From: Paludibacteraceae bacterium
GTDB taxonomy: Bacteria > Bacteroidota > Bacteroidia > Bacteroidales > Paludibacteraceae
NCBI GenBank assembly: GCA_017559505.1
Contig: JAFYSF010000025.1
Span: 20,637 to 84,636, forward strand
Direction: 5' to 3'
Length of the DNA stretch: 64,000 nucleotides
Part shown: positions 29,013 to 37,873 of the stretch, piece by piece
Numbering within the stretch: the stretch's first letter is position 1
Layout: every line of letters begins with the position of its first letter
Translations under genes and position numbers: made by a program
Notes under the pieces: generated by a model
The model's input: only the letters and a program-made list of their open reading frames with translations
Database searches by the model: none
What the model was told of the DNA's origin: nothing

Positions 29013-30164
29013 ATGGCACGTATATTAGTAGTAGATGATGAACGTTTTATACGTAACACCATCAAAGATATTCTTGAACATGAAAAATATATAGTGGATA
29101 TAGCAGAAGATGCAACTCAAGCTTTTGAAAAGGCAAAAACTAAACACTACGATTTAATTCTTACTGATATAGTAATGCCAGGTATTAGTGGTATTGTTCT
29201 TCTTGAAAAACTTAAAGAAGATGGGTTTGAATCGCCAATCATGATTATGTCGGCTCATGGTAATATAGAAATAGCCGTTGAATGTATCAAAAAAGGAGCA
29301 TTCGATTTTCTTGAAAAACCATTAGATTTAAATCGTTTACTTGTATCGACCCGTAATGCCCTTGATAAAAACAAATTGGTGAAAGAGACCAAAACTCTTA
29401 AAAAGAAAATACAACGTAACTATGAAATGATTGGAGAGTCGCCTTGTGTCAAAAAATTACGCCATTTAATTGAGTTGATTTCTCAGACAGATACTAGAGT
29501 ATTGATTACTGGCGATAATGGCACTGGTAAAGAAGTTGTTGCTAGACAAATATATCAAAATTCACCACGTGCAGATAAACCATTCATAGAGGTTAACTGT
29601 GCTGCCATTCCATCAGAACTAATTGAAAGTGAGCTTTTCGGTCATGAGAAAGGTGCTTTTACTTCTGCAGTAAAACAGCGTATAGGCAAATTCGAACAAG
29701 CAGATGGTGGCACGATATTTCTTGACGAAATTGGCGATATGAGTCTTTCAGCACAGGCAAAGGTATTACGTTGCCTACAAGAGAATGTGATTTCGCCAGT
29801 TGGTAGTGATAAATTGATAAAAATCAATGTACGCGTAATAGCAGCTACTAATAAAAATTTAGAACAAGAAATTGAAAATGGTAATTTCCGTGAAGACCTT
29901 TTCCATCGCTTAAACGTTGTTCCTATCCATATTGACCCACTTTCAAAACGAATAGAAGATATTCCTTTGCTTGTGGAATATTTCACGCAAATTATCTGTG
30001 AAGCACAAGGTAGATCTATCAAAACTTTTTCGAAAGAGGCTATTGAAAAACTCCAGCAATTGCGATGGCGAGGCAATATTCGCGAGTTGCGCAACATTGT
30101 GGAACGGCTTATTATTCTTTGTGATAATACAATTACAGCTCAAGATGTTGAAGAATATGCATAA
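29013..30164 (+). CDS. sigma-54-dependent response regulator (receiver + AAA+), no C-terminal HTH
   Basis: 383 aa. The receiver has D in TDIVMPG. Walker A is GDNGTGKE, with the GAFTSA loop and FLDEIGDM. The protein ends ~25 aa after the AAA+ sensor II region. Confidence 0.85.
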   Translation: MARILVVDDERFIRNTIKDILEHEKYIVDIAEDATQAFEKAKTKHYDLILTDIVMPGISGIVLLEKLKEDGFESPIMIMSAHGNIEIAVECIKKGAFDFLEKPLDLNRLLVSTRNALDKNKLVKETKTLKKKIQRNYEMIGESPCVKKLRHLIELISQTDTRVLITGDNGTGKEVVARQIYQNSPRADKPFIEVNCAAIPSELIESELFGHEKGAFTSAVKQRIGKFEQADGGTIFLDEIGDMSLSAQAKVLRCLQENVISPVGSDKLIKINVRVIAATNKNLEQEIENGNFREDLFHRLNVVPIHIDPLSKRIEDIPLLVEYFTQIICEAQGRSIKTFSKEAIEKLQQLRWRGNIRELRNIVERLIILCDNTITAQDVEEYA

Positions 30165-30170
30165 CAAAAA

Positions 30171-30201
30171 AGATGTTGATTGACAATCAACATCTTTTTT
30201 T
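30171..30201. terminator. bidirectional terminator between convergent genes
   Basis: Perfect 11-bp stem agatgttgatt/aatcaacatct with a 3-nt loop, flanked by an A-run and a T-run. Overlaps the recQ-family stop. Confidence 0.75.
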
Positions 30202-31896
30202 ATTTGCTATACAAACATCACATCGGCCACATGGTTGAGCATCGGATTGTCCGAAATAACGTGCGAGTTGCACTGAGCGACATGTATTTTTAGTTGAATA
30301 ATCATATATAGAAACAAGCCGTGCGTACATTCGGTCTATTCTATTCTCATATGCCACAGGAGGTATATAGAGAGTTTCGGCATCGAGACGATCGGTGTTA
30401 TAAATGAGTAGGGGTGTACGTTTAAATGGCACATAAGTAACTACTCCAACACGGTGAAGCCAAATAAGATAGGCATATACTACCTCGCGCGTGGTATGCG
30501 CTAAAATGGCTATTTTATCTTCGTTTATATGTTTTGCATCAGTAAATATCCCAGTGTAAGTACGTAATATGGTCTCAAGTATTTCGTCTTTTTCGGGATG
30601 CTCCATACGCCATTCATAGAGTTTCGATGGATGCATAACAACTTTCAGTTTACTTGGACTCTCCATTTCTTCAGTTAAGGTGATATAGCCTGCCCATTGC
30701 AAGATGTTGAGCGCCCCCATCGTTTGAGAATAGGAGAGGCGACAAACATGACAAAATTCCTCCAACTTGAATGGATAAACAGAACCATTGCCTGAACCTT
30801 CTCCAATAATATAGTAATTGGCAAGATGCTGGTATATAGAGCGGACGTACTCTTTAGGAGGGAATACTTTTTCGTGACGACGCACTAATTGTTCAACCGA
30901 ACTTGGAGTTGTGAGCAATACAGCATACGACTTCTGCCCATCGCGACCGGCACGCCCAGCCTCTTGATAATATTGCTCGAGAGCATCGGGTATGTCGTAG
31001 TGAATTACTAATCGCACATCCGACTTGTCAATACCCATGCCGAAAGCATTTGTAGCACATAGTATTCGTGTATCACCTGACATCCAACTATTTTGACGTT
31101 CTTTACGCACATTTGCCTCTAAACCTGCATGATAATAATCTGCAGATAGGTCCATTGATTGTAGCATTTTGGCTACCTTCTCGGCTCCATCGCGAGTGCG
31201 AGTATAGACAATAGTGGAACCATTTACGGCATTGAGTATTTTGAATAGTTGCGCATCTTTATTATCTGACATGCGCACAACATAGTGTAGATTTTGACGT
31301 TCGACACTCGCCTGAAACATATTGCTTGGCACACGGAAAGCGAGTTTGTCTTTTATGTCAGTAACAACATCGGGAGTGGCAGATGCAGTCAGCGCCATAA
31401 TCGGCACATCGGGATACATCGTGCGTAATTCGGCAATTTTCAGGTAAGAAGGGCGGAAATCGTAGCCCCATTCTGATATACAGTGAGCTTCATCGACAGC
31501 AATGAAACTGAGTTGTAGGAATTGTAACCGTTTGAGAAAGAGATCTGACTGTAGGCGTTCGGGAGCGACATAGAGCATTTTGAATGCGCCATATTGGGCT
31601 TGTTCGAGTATGCTGAACACCTTGTCGCGATTCATTCCAGCATGAATCACTTCGGCGCGGATGCCTCGCTTTCGTAGATTTTGAATTTGGTCAGTCATCA
31701 AAGCAATTAAAGGCGAAATAATGAGAGCCATACCTTCCATTGCAAGAGCAGGCACTTGATAGGTGATGGATTTACCTCCCCCCGTTGGTAATATGGCAAG
31801 GGTGTCATGTCCCGAGCCAATGCTTTCGATAATATCTAATTGCAATGGTCGGAATTCGTCGTAGCCCCAGTTTTCCTTTAATATTTTTTTATACAT
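30187..31896 (-). CDS. RecQ-family ATP-dependent DNA helicase
   Basis: 569 aa with GYDEFRPLQ, PTGGGKS, DEAHCISEWGYDFRPSY and a C-terminal CGRCDVC. Confidence 0.85.
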   Translation of the reverse strand: MYKKILKENWGYDEFRPLQLDIIESIGSGHDTLAILPTGGGKSITYQVPALAMEGMALIISPLIALMTDQIQNLRKRGIRAEVIHAGMNRDKVFSILEQAQYGAFKMLYVAPERLQSDLFLKRLQFLQLSFIAVDEAHCISEWGYDFRPSYLKIAELRTMYPDVPIMALTASATPDVVTDIKDKLAFRVPSNMFQASVERQNLHYVVRMSDNKDAQLFKILNAVNGSTIVYTRTRDGAEKVAKMLQSMDLSADYYHAGLEANVRKERQNSWMSGDTRILCATNAFGMGIDKSDVRLVIHYDIPDALEQYYQEAGRAGRDGQKSYAVLLTTPSSVEQLVRRHEKVFPPKEYVRSIYQHLANYYIIGEGSGNGSVYPFKLEEFCHVCRLSYSQTMGALNILQWAGYITLTEEMESPSKLKVVMHPSKLYEWRMEHPEKDEILETILRTYTGIFTDAKHINEDKIAILAHTTREVVYAYLIWLHRVGVVTYVPFKRTPLLIYNTDRLDAETLYIPPVAYENRIDRMYARLVSIYDYSTKNTCRSVQLARYFGQSDAQPCGRCDVCIANKKRC

Positions 31897-31918
31897 GCGT
31901 TTTTGGATTTTGTAGATG

Positions 31919-31926
31919 CAAAGGTA
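31919..31926 (-). promoter_or_regulatory. candidate -7 box (TACCTTTG on minus strand) for the recQ-family gene
   Basis: Plus-strand CAAAGGTA, 23 nt upstream of the start at 31896. Confidence 0.45.
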
Positions 31927-31966
31927 GTAATTTTTTTTTGATTTTGAAATATATGTGCAGATTAGA

Positions 31967-32032
31967 TTATAGTATGTTTATAGTATATTTATCCTATATT
32001 TATAGTATATTTATGGTATATTTATAGTATAT
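31967..32032. repeat. 6 x 11-bp tandem array (TTATAGTATAT family), module copy A
   Basis: ttatagtatgt ttatagtatat ttatcctatat ttatagtatat ttatggtatat ttatagtatat. Paralogous to 62150-62215. Confidence 0.9.
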
Positions 32033-32123
32033 TGAAGGTATGAAGAGGATAGGGTGAGGGGAGGGGGGATTGTGTGTGTATTTATGGGGTGGTGGGGGTG
32101 GAGGGTGTAATGTGTTGGGTGTG
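32033..32123. repeat. G/T-rich low-complexity tail with G-runs, roughly 7-nt phased
   Basis: tgaaggt atgaaga ggatagg gtgaggg gaggggg ... ggggtggtgggggtggaggg. Confidence 0.6.
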
Positions 32124-32241
32124 ATTATTGTTTTGGGTTTAATTTATTGATTTTTAGGTTGATTTTTGTTGGATTTGAGGCGATGGTGTATTTTATTGTA
32201 AAATTGCATGAAAAATTGATAAAAAAAAGATAATTTTTTAT

Positions 32242-32249
32242 TAACTTTG
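32242..32249 (+). promoter_or_regulatory. candidate -7 box TAACTTTG
   Basis: 28 nt upstream of the ATG at 32277. Confidence 0.5.
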
Positions 32250-32276
32250 TAGTCGGAAAATTTTAACGTTTAATTT

Positions 32277-34097
32277 ATGGATTTTGGTTTAATTGATTTA
32301 TTGACCCTCATTGGTTCTATCGGACTTTTCTTGTACGGTATGAAGTTGATGAGTGAGGGTTTGCAGAAGGCTGCGGGTGACCGTTTGCGTAACATTTTGG
32401 CTTGGATGACAAACAATCGTTTGGTCGGAGCTTTGACCGGTATTCTTGTTACTGCGCTCATACAGAGTTCGTCGGCAACTACTGTGATGATTGTTAGTTT
32501 CGTTAATGCCGGATTGTTGTCTTTGGGACAATCTATGGCTGTGATTATGGGTGCTAACGTTGGTACTACTGCTACGGCATGGATTCTTTATTTAGGTGGT
32601 TTCAAAGTAAATCTTGCGGCAGCAGCTATTCCTATTGTTGCTTTCACGTTGCCTATGATGTTTTCGCAAAAGAATTCATGGAAAAGCTGGGGTGAAGTTT
32701 TATTGGGTTTTGCCTTCTTGTTTATGGGCTTGGACTTGTTGAACCACTCGGTGCCTGATTTGCGCTCGAATCCTGAACTTTTTGCTGCTATACAAAATTA
32801 TGCTGATATGGGGTGGATTTCTGTGGTGTTGTTTGCCTTTATCGGTATGATTATTACGATTGTGGTACAATCATCGAGCGTGACTTTTGCTATTACTCTT
32901 GTAATTTGTAGCAAGGGTTGGATTTCGTTTGAGATGGCAGCGGCATTGGTGCTTGGTAGCAATATTGGTACTTGTATTACGCCTATCATTGCATCGGCTT
33001 CGGGTAATATTTGGGCTAAGCGTTCGGCTATGGGACACTTGTTGTTCAATGTTTTAGGCTCTGTTTGGGTGTTGGCTCTATATTATCCGTTTATGAAATT
33101 GGTGATTTGGTTGTCGACTCTCGGTCAAGGCGATCCAACGGCGTTGCTCTCTTTTGTGAATAACACAGACCCTACTATTATCAATGCATTGAACGAAGGA
33201 ACGCTTGATTTGGCTGACCCAGTAAATCAACAACTTGCTACTACATTTACGGCTAATCAGGCATACGTGTCGTTTGGATTGTCGATATTCCATACGCTCT
33301 TTAATGCAATCAATATCTGCGTTATGATTTGGCTTACAGGCTTGTATGTGAAAATAGTAACGAAACTTATTCCAAGCAAACCTACTGAAGAAGAGGGTGA
33401 ATCGCACCTTAAATTTATCACAGCGGGTATGCTCTCTACATCGGAGCTTTCTATACTACAAGCGCGTAAAGAAATCCAACTCTATGGCGAACGTACACAA
33501 CGTATGTTTGGCCTTGTGCGTGATTTGTTCCACGAAACAGATGACAAGGAATTTACAAGCAAATACTCTCGTATTCAGAAGTATGAGAATATTTCTGACC
33601 GCATGGAGATGGAGATTGCTGAGTATTTGACAAAGGTTTCGGCAGGTCGTCTTTCGGATGAAAGTAAACACCAAGTGCAGATGAAGCTTCGTGTTATCTC
33701 TGAAATTGAGAGTGTTGCCGATTCATGTTACAATCTTGCTCGTACGTTGCAACGTCGTTTCCAACAACCTGAAAAATTCCCAGAAGATATTAATGGCAAT
33801 ATCGAATTGATGTTTAACCTCATCGAAAGCGGTTTGCAAAATATGTGTAATGTGCTCTGCGAGGAACATATAGATCAATCGTACGTAAATTCGGCGCAAA
33901 ATATTGAAAACGAAATCAATAACTATCGCAATCAACTTAAACTACAAAATGTTATTGCTGTGAATGAGGGCTATTATAATTACCCTGTGGCAACTACATA
34001 TATGGACACAATCGTTGAATGCGAGAAAATGGGCGATTATATCGTGAATGTGGTTGAGGCTGTAGCTGACTCAAAACTACATCCAACAGCTGAATGA
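32277..34097 (+). CDS. Na/Pi cotransporter family protein with PhoU-like C-terminal domain
   Basis: 606 aa with LFLYGMKLMSEGLQKAAG, QSSSATTVM and GANVGTT repeats. Confidence 0.85.
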   Translation: MDFGLIDLLTLIGSIGLFLYGMKLMSEGLQKAAGDRLRNILAWMTNNRLVGALTGILVTALIQSSSATTVMIVSFVNAGLLSLGQSMAVIMGANVGTTATAWILYLGGFKVNLAAAAIPIVAFTLPMMFSQKNSWKSWGEVLLGFAFLFMGLDLLNHSVPDLRSNPELFAAIQNYADMGWISVVLFAFIGMIITIVVQSSSVTFAITLVICSKGWISFEMAAALVLGSNIGTCITPIIASASGNIWAKRSAMGHLLFNVLGSVWVLALYYPFMKLVIWLSTLGQGDPTALLSFVNNTDPTIINALNEGTLDLADPVNQQLATTFTANQAYVSFGLSIFHTLFNAINICVMIWLTGLYVKIVTKLIPSKPTEEEGESHLKFITAGMLSTSELSILQARKEIQLYGERTQRMFGLVRDLFHETDDKEFTSKYSRIQKYENISDRMEMEIAEYLTKVSAGRLSDESKHQVQMKLRVISEIESVADSCYNLARTLQRRFQQPEKFPEDINGNIELMFNLIESGLQNMCNVLCEEHIDQSYVNSAQNIENEINNYRNQLKLQNVIAVNEGYYNYPVATTYMDTIVECEKMGDYIVNVVEAVADSKLHPTAE

Positions 34098-34205
34098 ATA
34101 ACCTGAGTTCGATATAATTTTGCTCTCACGGAACCAAAGGGCTTTGAACGTAGCGATAAAATGCGCGGAATACTTATATCGAACTGACGTTAAATACCAA
34201 AAACT

Positions 34206-34739
34206 ATGACACTTACAGAACAACAATTCGACAAATCAGCGGCAGAATGCCGTTCGATATACGAAAAAAAATTGAAAGACTACGGGGCTGCATGGCGAAT
34301 CATGCGCCCTGCAAGTCTTACAGACCAAATATTTATTAAGGCTAATCGTATTCGCTCGTTGGAAATCAAAGGCACGTCGATGGTGAATGAGGGAATTCGT
34401 CCTGAATTGATTGGGATTATCAATTACTGCATTATCGCATTGATACAGTTGGAGTTGGGTTATGCAGAGACTGATGACCTCCCTGTTGAGCGTGCGCTTG
34501 AGATGTATGATAGATATATGCTTGAGGCTAAGAATTTGATGATTGCTAAAAATCATGATTATGATGAGGCTTGGCGTCAGATGCGTACACAATCATATAC
34601 TGACCTTATTCTCATGAAGATACATCGCACCAAACAAATCGAAGACAATAATGGAAAAACCCTTATTTCAGAAGGTGTGGATGCTAACTATTTCGACATG
34701 CTCAATTATGCTGTATTCTATATGATTCAGCAAGTTTAA
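34206..34739 (+). CDS. DUF1599 domain protein
   Basis: 177 aa, a duplicated helical module (KDYGAAWR...; HDYDEAWRQMR). The usual Bacteroidota neighbour of the next gene and tpiA. Confidence 0.65.
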   Translation: MTLTEQQFDKSAAECRSIYEKKLKDYGAAWRIMRPASLTDQIFIKANRIRSLEIKGTSMVNEGIRPELIGIINYCIIALIQLELGYAETDDLPVERALEMYDRYMLEAKNLMIAKNHDYDEAWRQMRTQSYTDLILMKIHRTKQIEDNNGKTLISEGVDANYFDMLNYAVFYMIQQV

Positions 34740-34741
34740 TC

Positions 34742-34769
34742 CATAATTCATAATTACAATGCATAATTG
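34742..34769. repeat. heptamer array CATAATT/ATAATTG x4
   Basis: cataatt cataatt acaatgc ataattg. Overlaps the start codon at 34759 (MHNC...). Confidence 0.75.
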
Positions 34770-35862
34770 CCTCGCATTTCGCATTTTATACTTGATATCG
34801 CGACTTGTGGTCGGTTTGACATTTCTTTTTTCGGGATTCGTTAAAGCAATTGACCCACTTGGCACGACTTATAAGATTCAAGACTATCTTGAAGTGATGG
34901 GCTTGGCTTGGTTCAACGAATTGGCTTTGGTTGCTTCGTTCGCCCTTATTACAGCTGAATTTTTGGCTGGAGCATTGCTTATTACAAACATCAATTCCAA
35001 ATTAGGACTTTGGCTTTCAACGCTATTGATGGTGGCAATGACGCCACTCACATTGTGGATTGCAATTGAAAATCCTGTTACCGATTGTGGTTGCTTTGGC
35101 GATGCAATAATCCTTTCGAATTGGGCTACATTTTGGAAGAATATTATACTTGACCTGTTGATTCTTGCAATATGGTTATTGCAACGTCGAGTGTATCGTC
35201 CTTGGCTAACCCCATTCCCTTCTTGGACAATGACCATTACCTTTTCACTCATCACGATAGGTATAGGCATACATTCGCTTAACAATCTGCCATTTATAGA
35301 TTTCAGACCTTATAAAATAGGCAACGATATTCTTGAAGGCATGGAATTGCCAGAAGGTGCGCAACGCGACCAATATCGCACAACGTTTGTTTATAGTCGA
35401 GATGGTGTAAAACAAGAATTCGAATTGCAAAATGCACCATACAACGACTCCACTTGGACTTTCGTTGAACAACGCACTGAATTGATAGCCAAAGGCGAAG
35501 AGCCTCCAATCCACGATTTCTCTATAGTTACGCCAGAAGGCGATGATTTGACTTACGATATTCTTTATAGCGAAGGGCGCACCTACTTGTGTGTAATGTA
35601 CGATTTGCATAAGTCAAAGGTGAAACATCTCGATAATATACGTAAAGTCTATGAACAATCACAGGCCGAAGATGCTGAATTTTTGGTACTTACCTCATCG
35701 TCTGATATGATTGATTCGTTCAAACAAGAGCATAACTTGCCTTATCAATTTGCTCTCACCGACCCAATACAATTGAAAACTATGGTGCGCGCCAATCCGG
35801 GAATCGTAATTCTTGAAGGGGCTAAGGTTATCGATAAATTCAATGCTAATAAAGAAAAATAA
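34759..35862 (+). CDS. DoxX-like membrane protein with C-terminal thioredoxin-like domain (BT_3928-type)
   Basis: 367 aa. The N-terminal half has ~5 TM helices and a DCGCFGD motif. The soluble C-terminal half is unassigned in detail. Confidence 0.55.
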   Translation: MHNCLAFRILYLISRLVVGLTFLFSGFVKAIDPLGTTYKIQDYLEVMGLAWFNELALVASFALITAEFLAGALLITNINSKLGLWLSTLLMVAMTPLTLWIAIENPVTDCGCFGDAIILSNWATFWKNIILDLLILAIWLLQRRVYRPWLTPFPSWTMTITFSLITIGIGIHSLNNLPFIDFRPYKIGNDILEGMELPEGAQRDQYRTTFVYSRDGVKQEFELQNAPYNDSTWTFVEQRTELIAKGEEPPIHDFSIVTPEGDDLTYDILYSEGRTYLCVMYDLHKSKVKHLDNIRKVYEQSQAEDAEFLVLTSSSDMIDSFKQEHNLPYQFALTDPIQLKTMVRANPGIVILEGAKVIDKFNANKEK

Positions 35863-35904
35863 ACACCTCTTTTCTAAAATTAATATAACTAAATATCTGA
35901 AAAT

Positions 35905-36654
35905 ATGAGAAAAAACATTGTAGCAGGCAACTGGAAAATGAATAAAAACCTGCAAGAAGGCGTAGCTTTGGCTGCTGAATTGAAAGAAAAAGTATCTAAT
36001 CCAAATTGTGATGTGATAATAGGCACTCCATTTATTCACCTTGCAACTGTGGCTGAATTGCTCAAAGATTCACCAATCGCTGTTGCTGCTGAAAACTGTG
36101 CCGACCACACATCTGGCGCATACACAGGCGAAGTTTCTGCCGAAATGGTAGCTTCGACAGGCGCAACTTACTGCATTATTGGTCACTCAGAACGTCGTAC
36201 ATACTATGGCGAAACATACGAAATCCTTCGCGAAAAAGTGCAATTGGCATTGGCTAACAACCTTCGCCCAATCTTCTGCATCGGCGAAGTGAAAGAAGAA
36301 CGTGAAGCAAACCGCCAAAACGAAGTTGTTAAAGCACAACTCGAAGGTTCGGTATTCAACCTTTCGGCTGAAGAATTTGGCAAACTCGTTATTGCTTACG
36401 AGCCAGTTTGGGCTATCGGCACAGGTCTTACTGCTACACCAGAACAAGCACAAGAAATCCACGCTTATATCCGTAGCCTTATCGCTGAAAAATATGGCAA
36501 CGAAGTGGCTGATAACACATCAATCCTCTATGGCGGTAGCTGCAATGCTAAAAATGCAGTAGGTCTATTCGCCAACCCAGATATTGATGGTGGTCTTATC
36601 GGTGGTGCATCACTCAAAGCTGACGATTTCTGCGCTATTATTAGTGCATTTTGA
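35905..36654 (+). CDS. tpiA: triosephosphate isomerase
   Basis: 249 aa with AGNWKMN, IGHSERR and [11 protein letters not shown]. Confidence 0.95.
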   Translation: MRKNIVAGNWKMNKNLQEGVALAAELKEKVSNPNCDVIIGTPFIHLATVAELLKDSPIAVAAENCADHTSGAYTGEVSAEMVASTGATYCIIGHSERRTYYGETYEILREKVQLALANNLRPIFCIGEVKEEREANRQNEVVKAQLEGSVFNLSAEEFGKLVIAYEPVWAIGTGLTATPEQAQEIHAYIRSLIAEKYGNEVADNTSILYGGSCNAKNAVGLFANPDIDGGLIGGASLKADDFCAIISAF

Positions 36655-36671
36655 TTCGTAAATTTAATTAT

Positions 36672-36710
36672 AAACTCTCCATTAGGTATATGCCGAATGG
36701 AGAGTTTTTT
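36672..36710 (+). terminator. tpiA terminator; first copy of the CTCCATT...GAATGGAG hairpin
   Basis: 12-bp stem aaactctccatt/aatggagagttt with a 12-nt loop and a T-run. Confidence 0.75.
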
Positions 36711-36753
36711 GTTTTTTAACTTAATTTTATTTGCATAATTGGAATAAAAGCAT

Positions 36754-36761
36754 TATTTTTG
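36754..36761 (+). promoter_or_regulatory. candidate -7 box TATTTTTG
   Basis: 25 nt upstream of the ATG at 36786. Confidence 0.45.
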
Positions 36762-36785
36762 CAGTGCATATTAAAAATTAACAGT

Positions 36786-37016
36786 ATGACATCAAAAGAA
36801 AAAGAGTATCGGAAATTACATTTTGCTATTATGGTGATTGAAGCGAGCGCAAGAAAGCAAAATATTGAAAGCCGTGAGATGTATCGTCGTCTAAAACAAC
36901 AAGATTTAATACGTCTTCGTCTGTCTCGCCATTATGAAACATTACACACTCAAAGTCTTGATTGGGTGGTTGATGATACAATAGAAACTCTTCATAACTG
37001 GGAATCAGAAAATTAA
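36786..37016 (+). CDS. DUF3791 domain protein
   Basis: 76 aa from MTSKEKEYRKLHFAIMVIE. Small and helical, in the typical position upstream of DUF3990. Confidence 0.65.
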   Translation: MTSKEKEYRKLHFAIMVIEASARKQNIESREMYRRLKQQDLIRLRLSRHYETLHTQSLDWVVDDTIETLHNWESEN

Positions 37017-37023
37017 TAGTTAT

Positions 37024-37527
37024 ATGATTACACTCTATCATGGTTCAAATATTGAAGTTGTTGCTCCTTTTGCAAGGGTAGGACGTAAGAATTTAGATTT
37101 TGGTCAAGGTTTTTACTTGACTAAAATAAAACGTCAAGCAGAGGATTGGGCGACAGTTATCGCTAGTCGCAAAGGTCGTAATAGTGTCGGTGTTATCTCA
37201 GAGTTTAGTTTTGAAAAAGAGCAAGCGGTTAAAGATGGATTTCGGTTTAAAATATTTAATGTGTATGATATCGAGTGGTTAGATTTTGTTGTTAATTGTC
37301 GAAAAGGAAAAGATTTTGCATCAAAGTATGATGTTATTGAAGGAGGTGTTGCAAATGACAATGTTATTGATACTGTTGAAGATTATGAAAAAGGGATTAT
37401 TACAGCAGAGCAAGCATTAGGTCAATTGCAATATAAGAAGGTGAACCATCAAATTTGTATTCTTAATCAGAAAGTTATAGATGCATATTTGACTTTTGTT
37501 AAATCATATATTGTGGAGGAGAAGTGA
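37024..37527 (+). CDS. DUF3990 domain protein
   Basis: 167 aa with LYHGS...DFGQGFYLT...DVIEGGVANDNV, the characteristic DUF3990 motif pattern. Confidence 0.75.
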   Translation: MITLYHGSNIEVVAPFARVGRKNLDFGQGFYLTKIKRQAEDWATVIASRKGRNSVGVISEFSFEKEQAVKDGFRFKIFNVYDIEWLDFVVNCRKGKDFASKYDVIEGGVANDNVIDTVEDYEKGIITAEQALGQLQYKKVNHQICILNQKVIDAYLTFVKSYIVEEK

Positions 37528-37528
37528 T

Positions 37529-37729
37529 ATGCGTGATTCTGTATTATGGCGCAAACAAAGTTTTATTGTTATTTTGCTCGCAAAAAGGCTTAGTATAGAC
37601 GTTGATAGAGCTTTGGATTTGTATTATTCAACAGAAACAGCTCGTCAATTATCCGATGCAAAAACAAAGTTATATTTAATGAGTGACCAATATATAGTAG
37701 ATAATATTATTTCTGAACTAAATAAATAA
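37529..37729 (+). CDS. DUF3791 domain protein (second copy)
   Basis: ATG 37529, 1 nt after the DUF3990 stop. 66 aa, MRDSVLWRKQSFIVILLAKRL. Confidence 0.6.
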   Translation: MRDSVLWRKQSFIVILLAKRLSIDVDRALDLYYSTETARQLSDAKTKLYLMSDQYIVDNIISELNK

Positions 37730-37740
37730 GAATAATTAAA

Positions 37741-37780
37741 AAAATCTTCATTCGCATTATTGGTGAATGGAGATTTTTTT
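37741..37780 (+). terminator. terminator hairpin, cassette copy 2
   Basis: Stem atcttcattc/gaatggagat (one U-G pair) followed by TTTTTTT. About 90% identical to 39218-39263. Confidence 0.7.
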
Positions 37781-37781
37781 A

Positions 37782-37789
37782 TATCTTTG
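37782..37789 (+). promoter_or_regulatory. candidate -7 box TATCTTTG, fused to the preceding terminator
   Basis: Exact motif, 84 nt upstream of the ATG at 37873. Confidence 0.5.
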
Positions 37790-37790
37790 C

Positions 37791-37873
37791 ATCGAAAATG
37801 TGATTTTTTACACATAAAAACATCTAAAAATGTGATTTTTTCAAACAAAAGACAACTAAAAATGTGATTTTTA
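37791..37873 (+). repeat. 2.6 tandem copies of a 32-bp unit, each containing AAAATGTGATTTTT
   Basis: ATGTGA occurs at 37798, 37830 and 37862 (32-nt spacing). The third unit runs into the CDS start. Confidence 0.85.

Noticed and set aside
31967-32032. 11-bp tandem arrays (also at 62150-62215) considered as CRISPR arrays.
   Set aside because: The units are contiguous with no spacers, and 11 bp is far too short for a CRISPR repeat. No cas genes are present. They were classed as tandem repeats.
37791-37873. The 32-bp periodic repeat considered as a mini-CRISPR or iteron origin.
   Set aside because: There are only 2.6 units and the whole 32-bp unit is repeated, so there are no unique spacers. 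It lies in a 5' leader, and no rep or cas gene is nearby.
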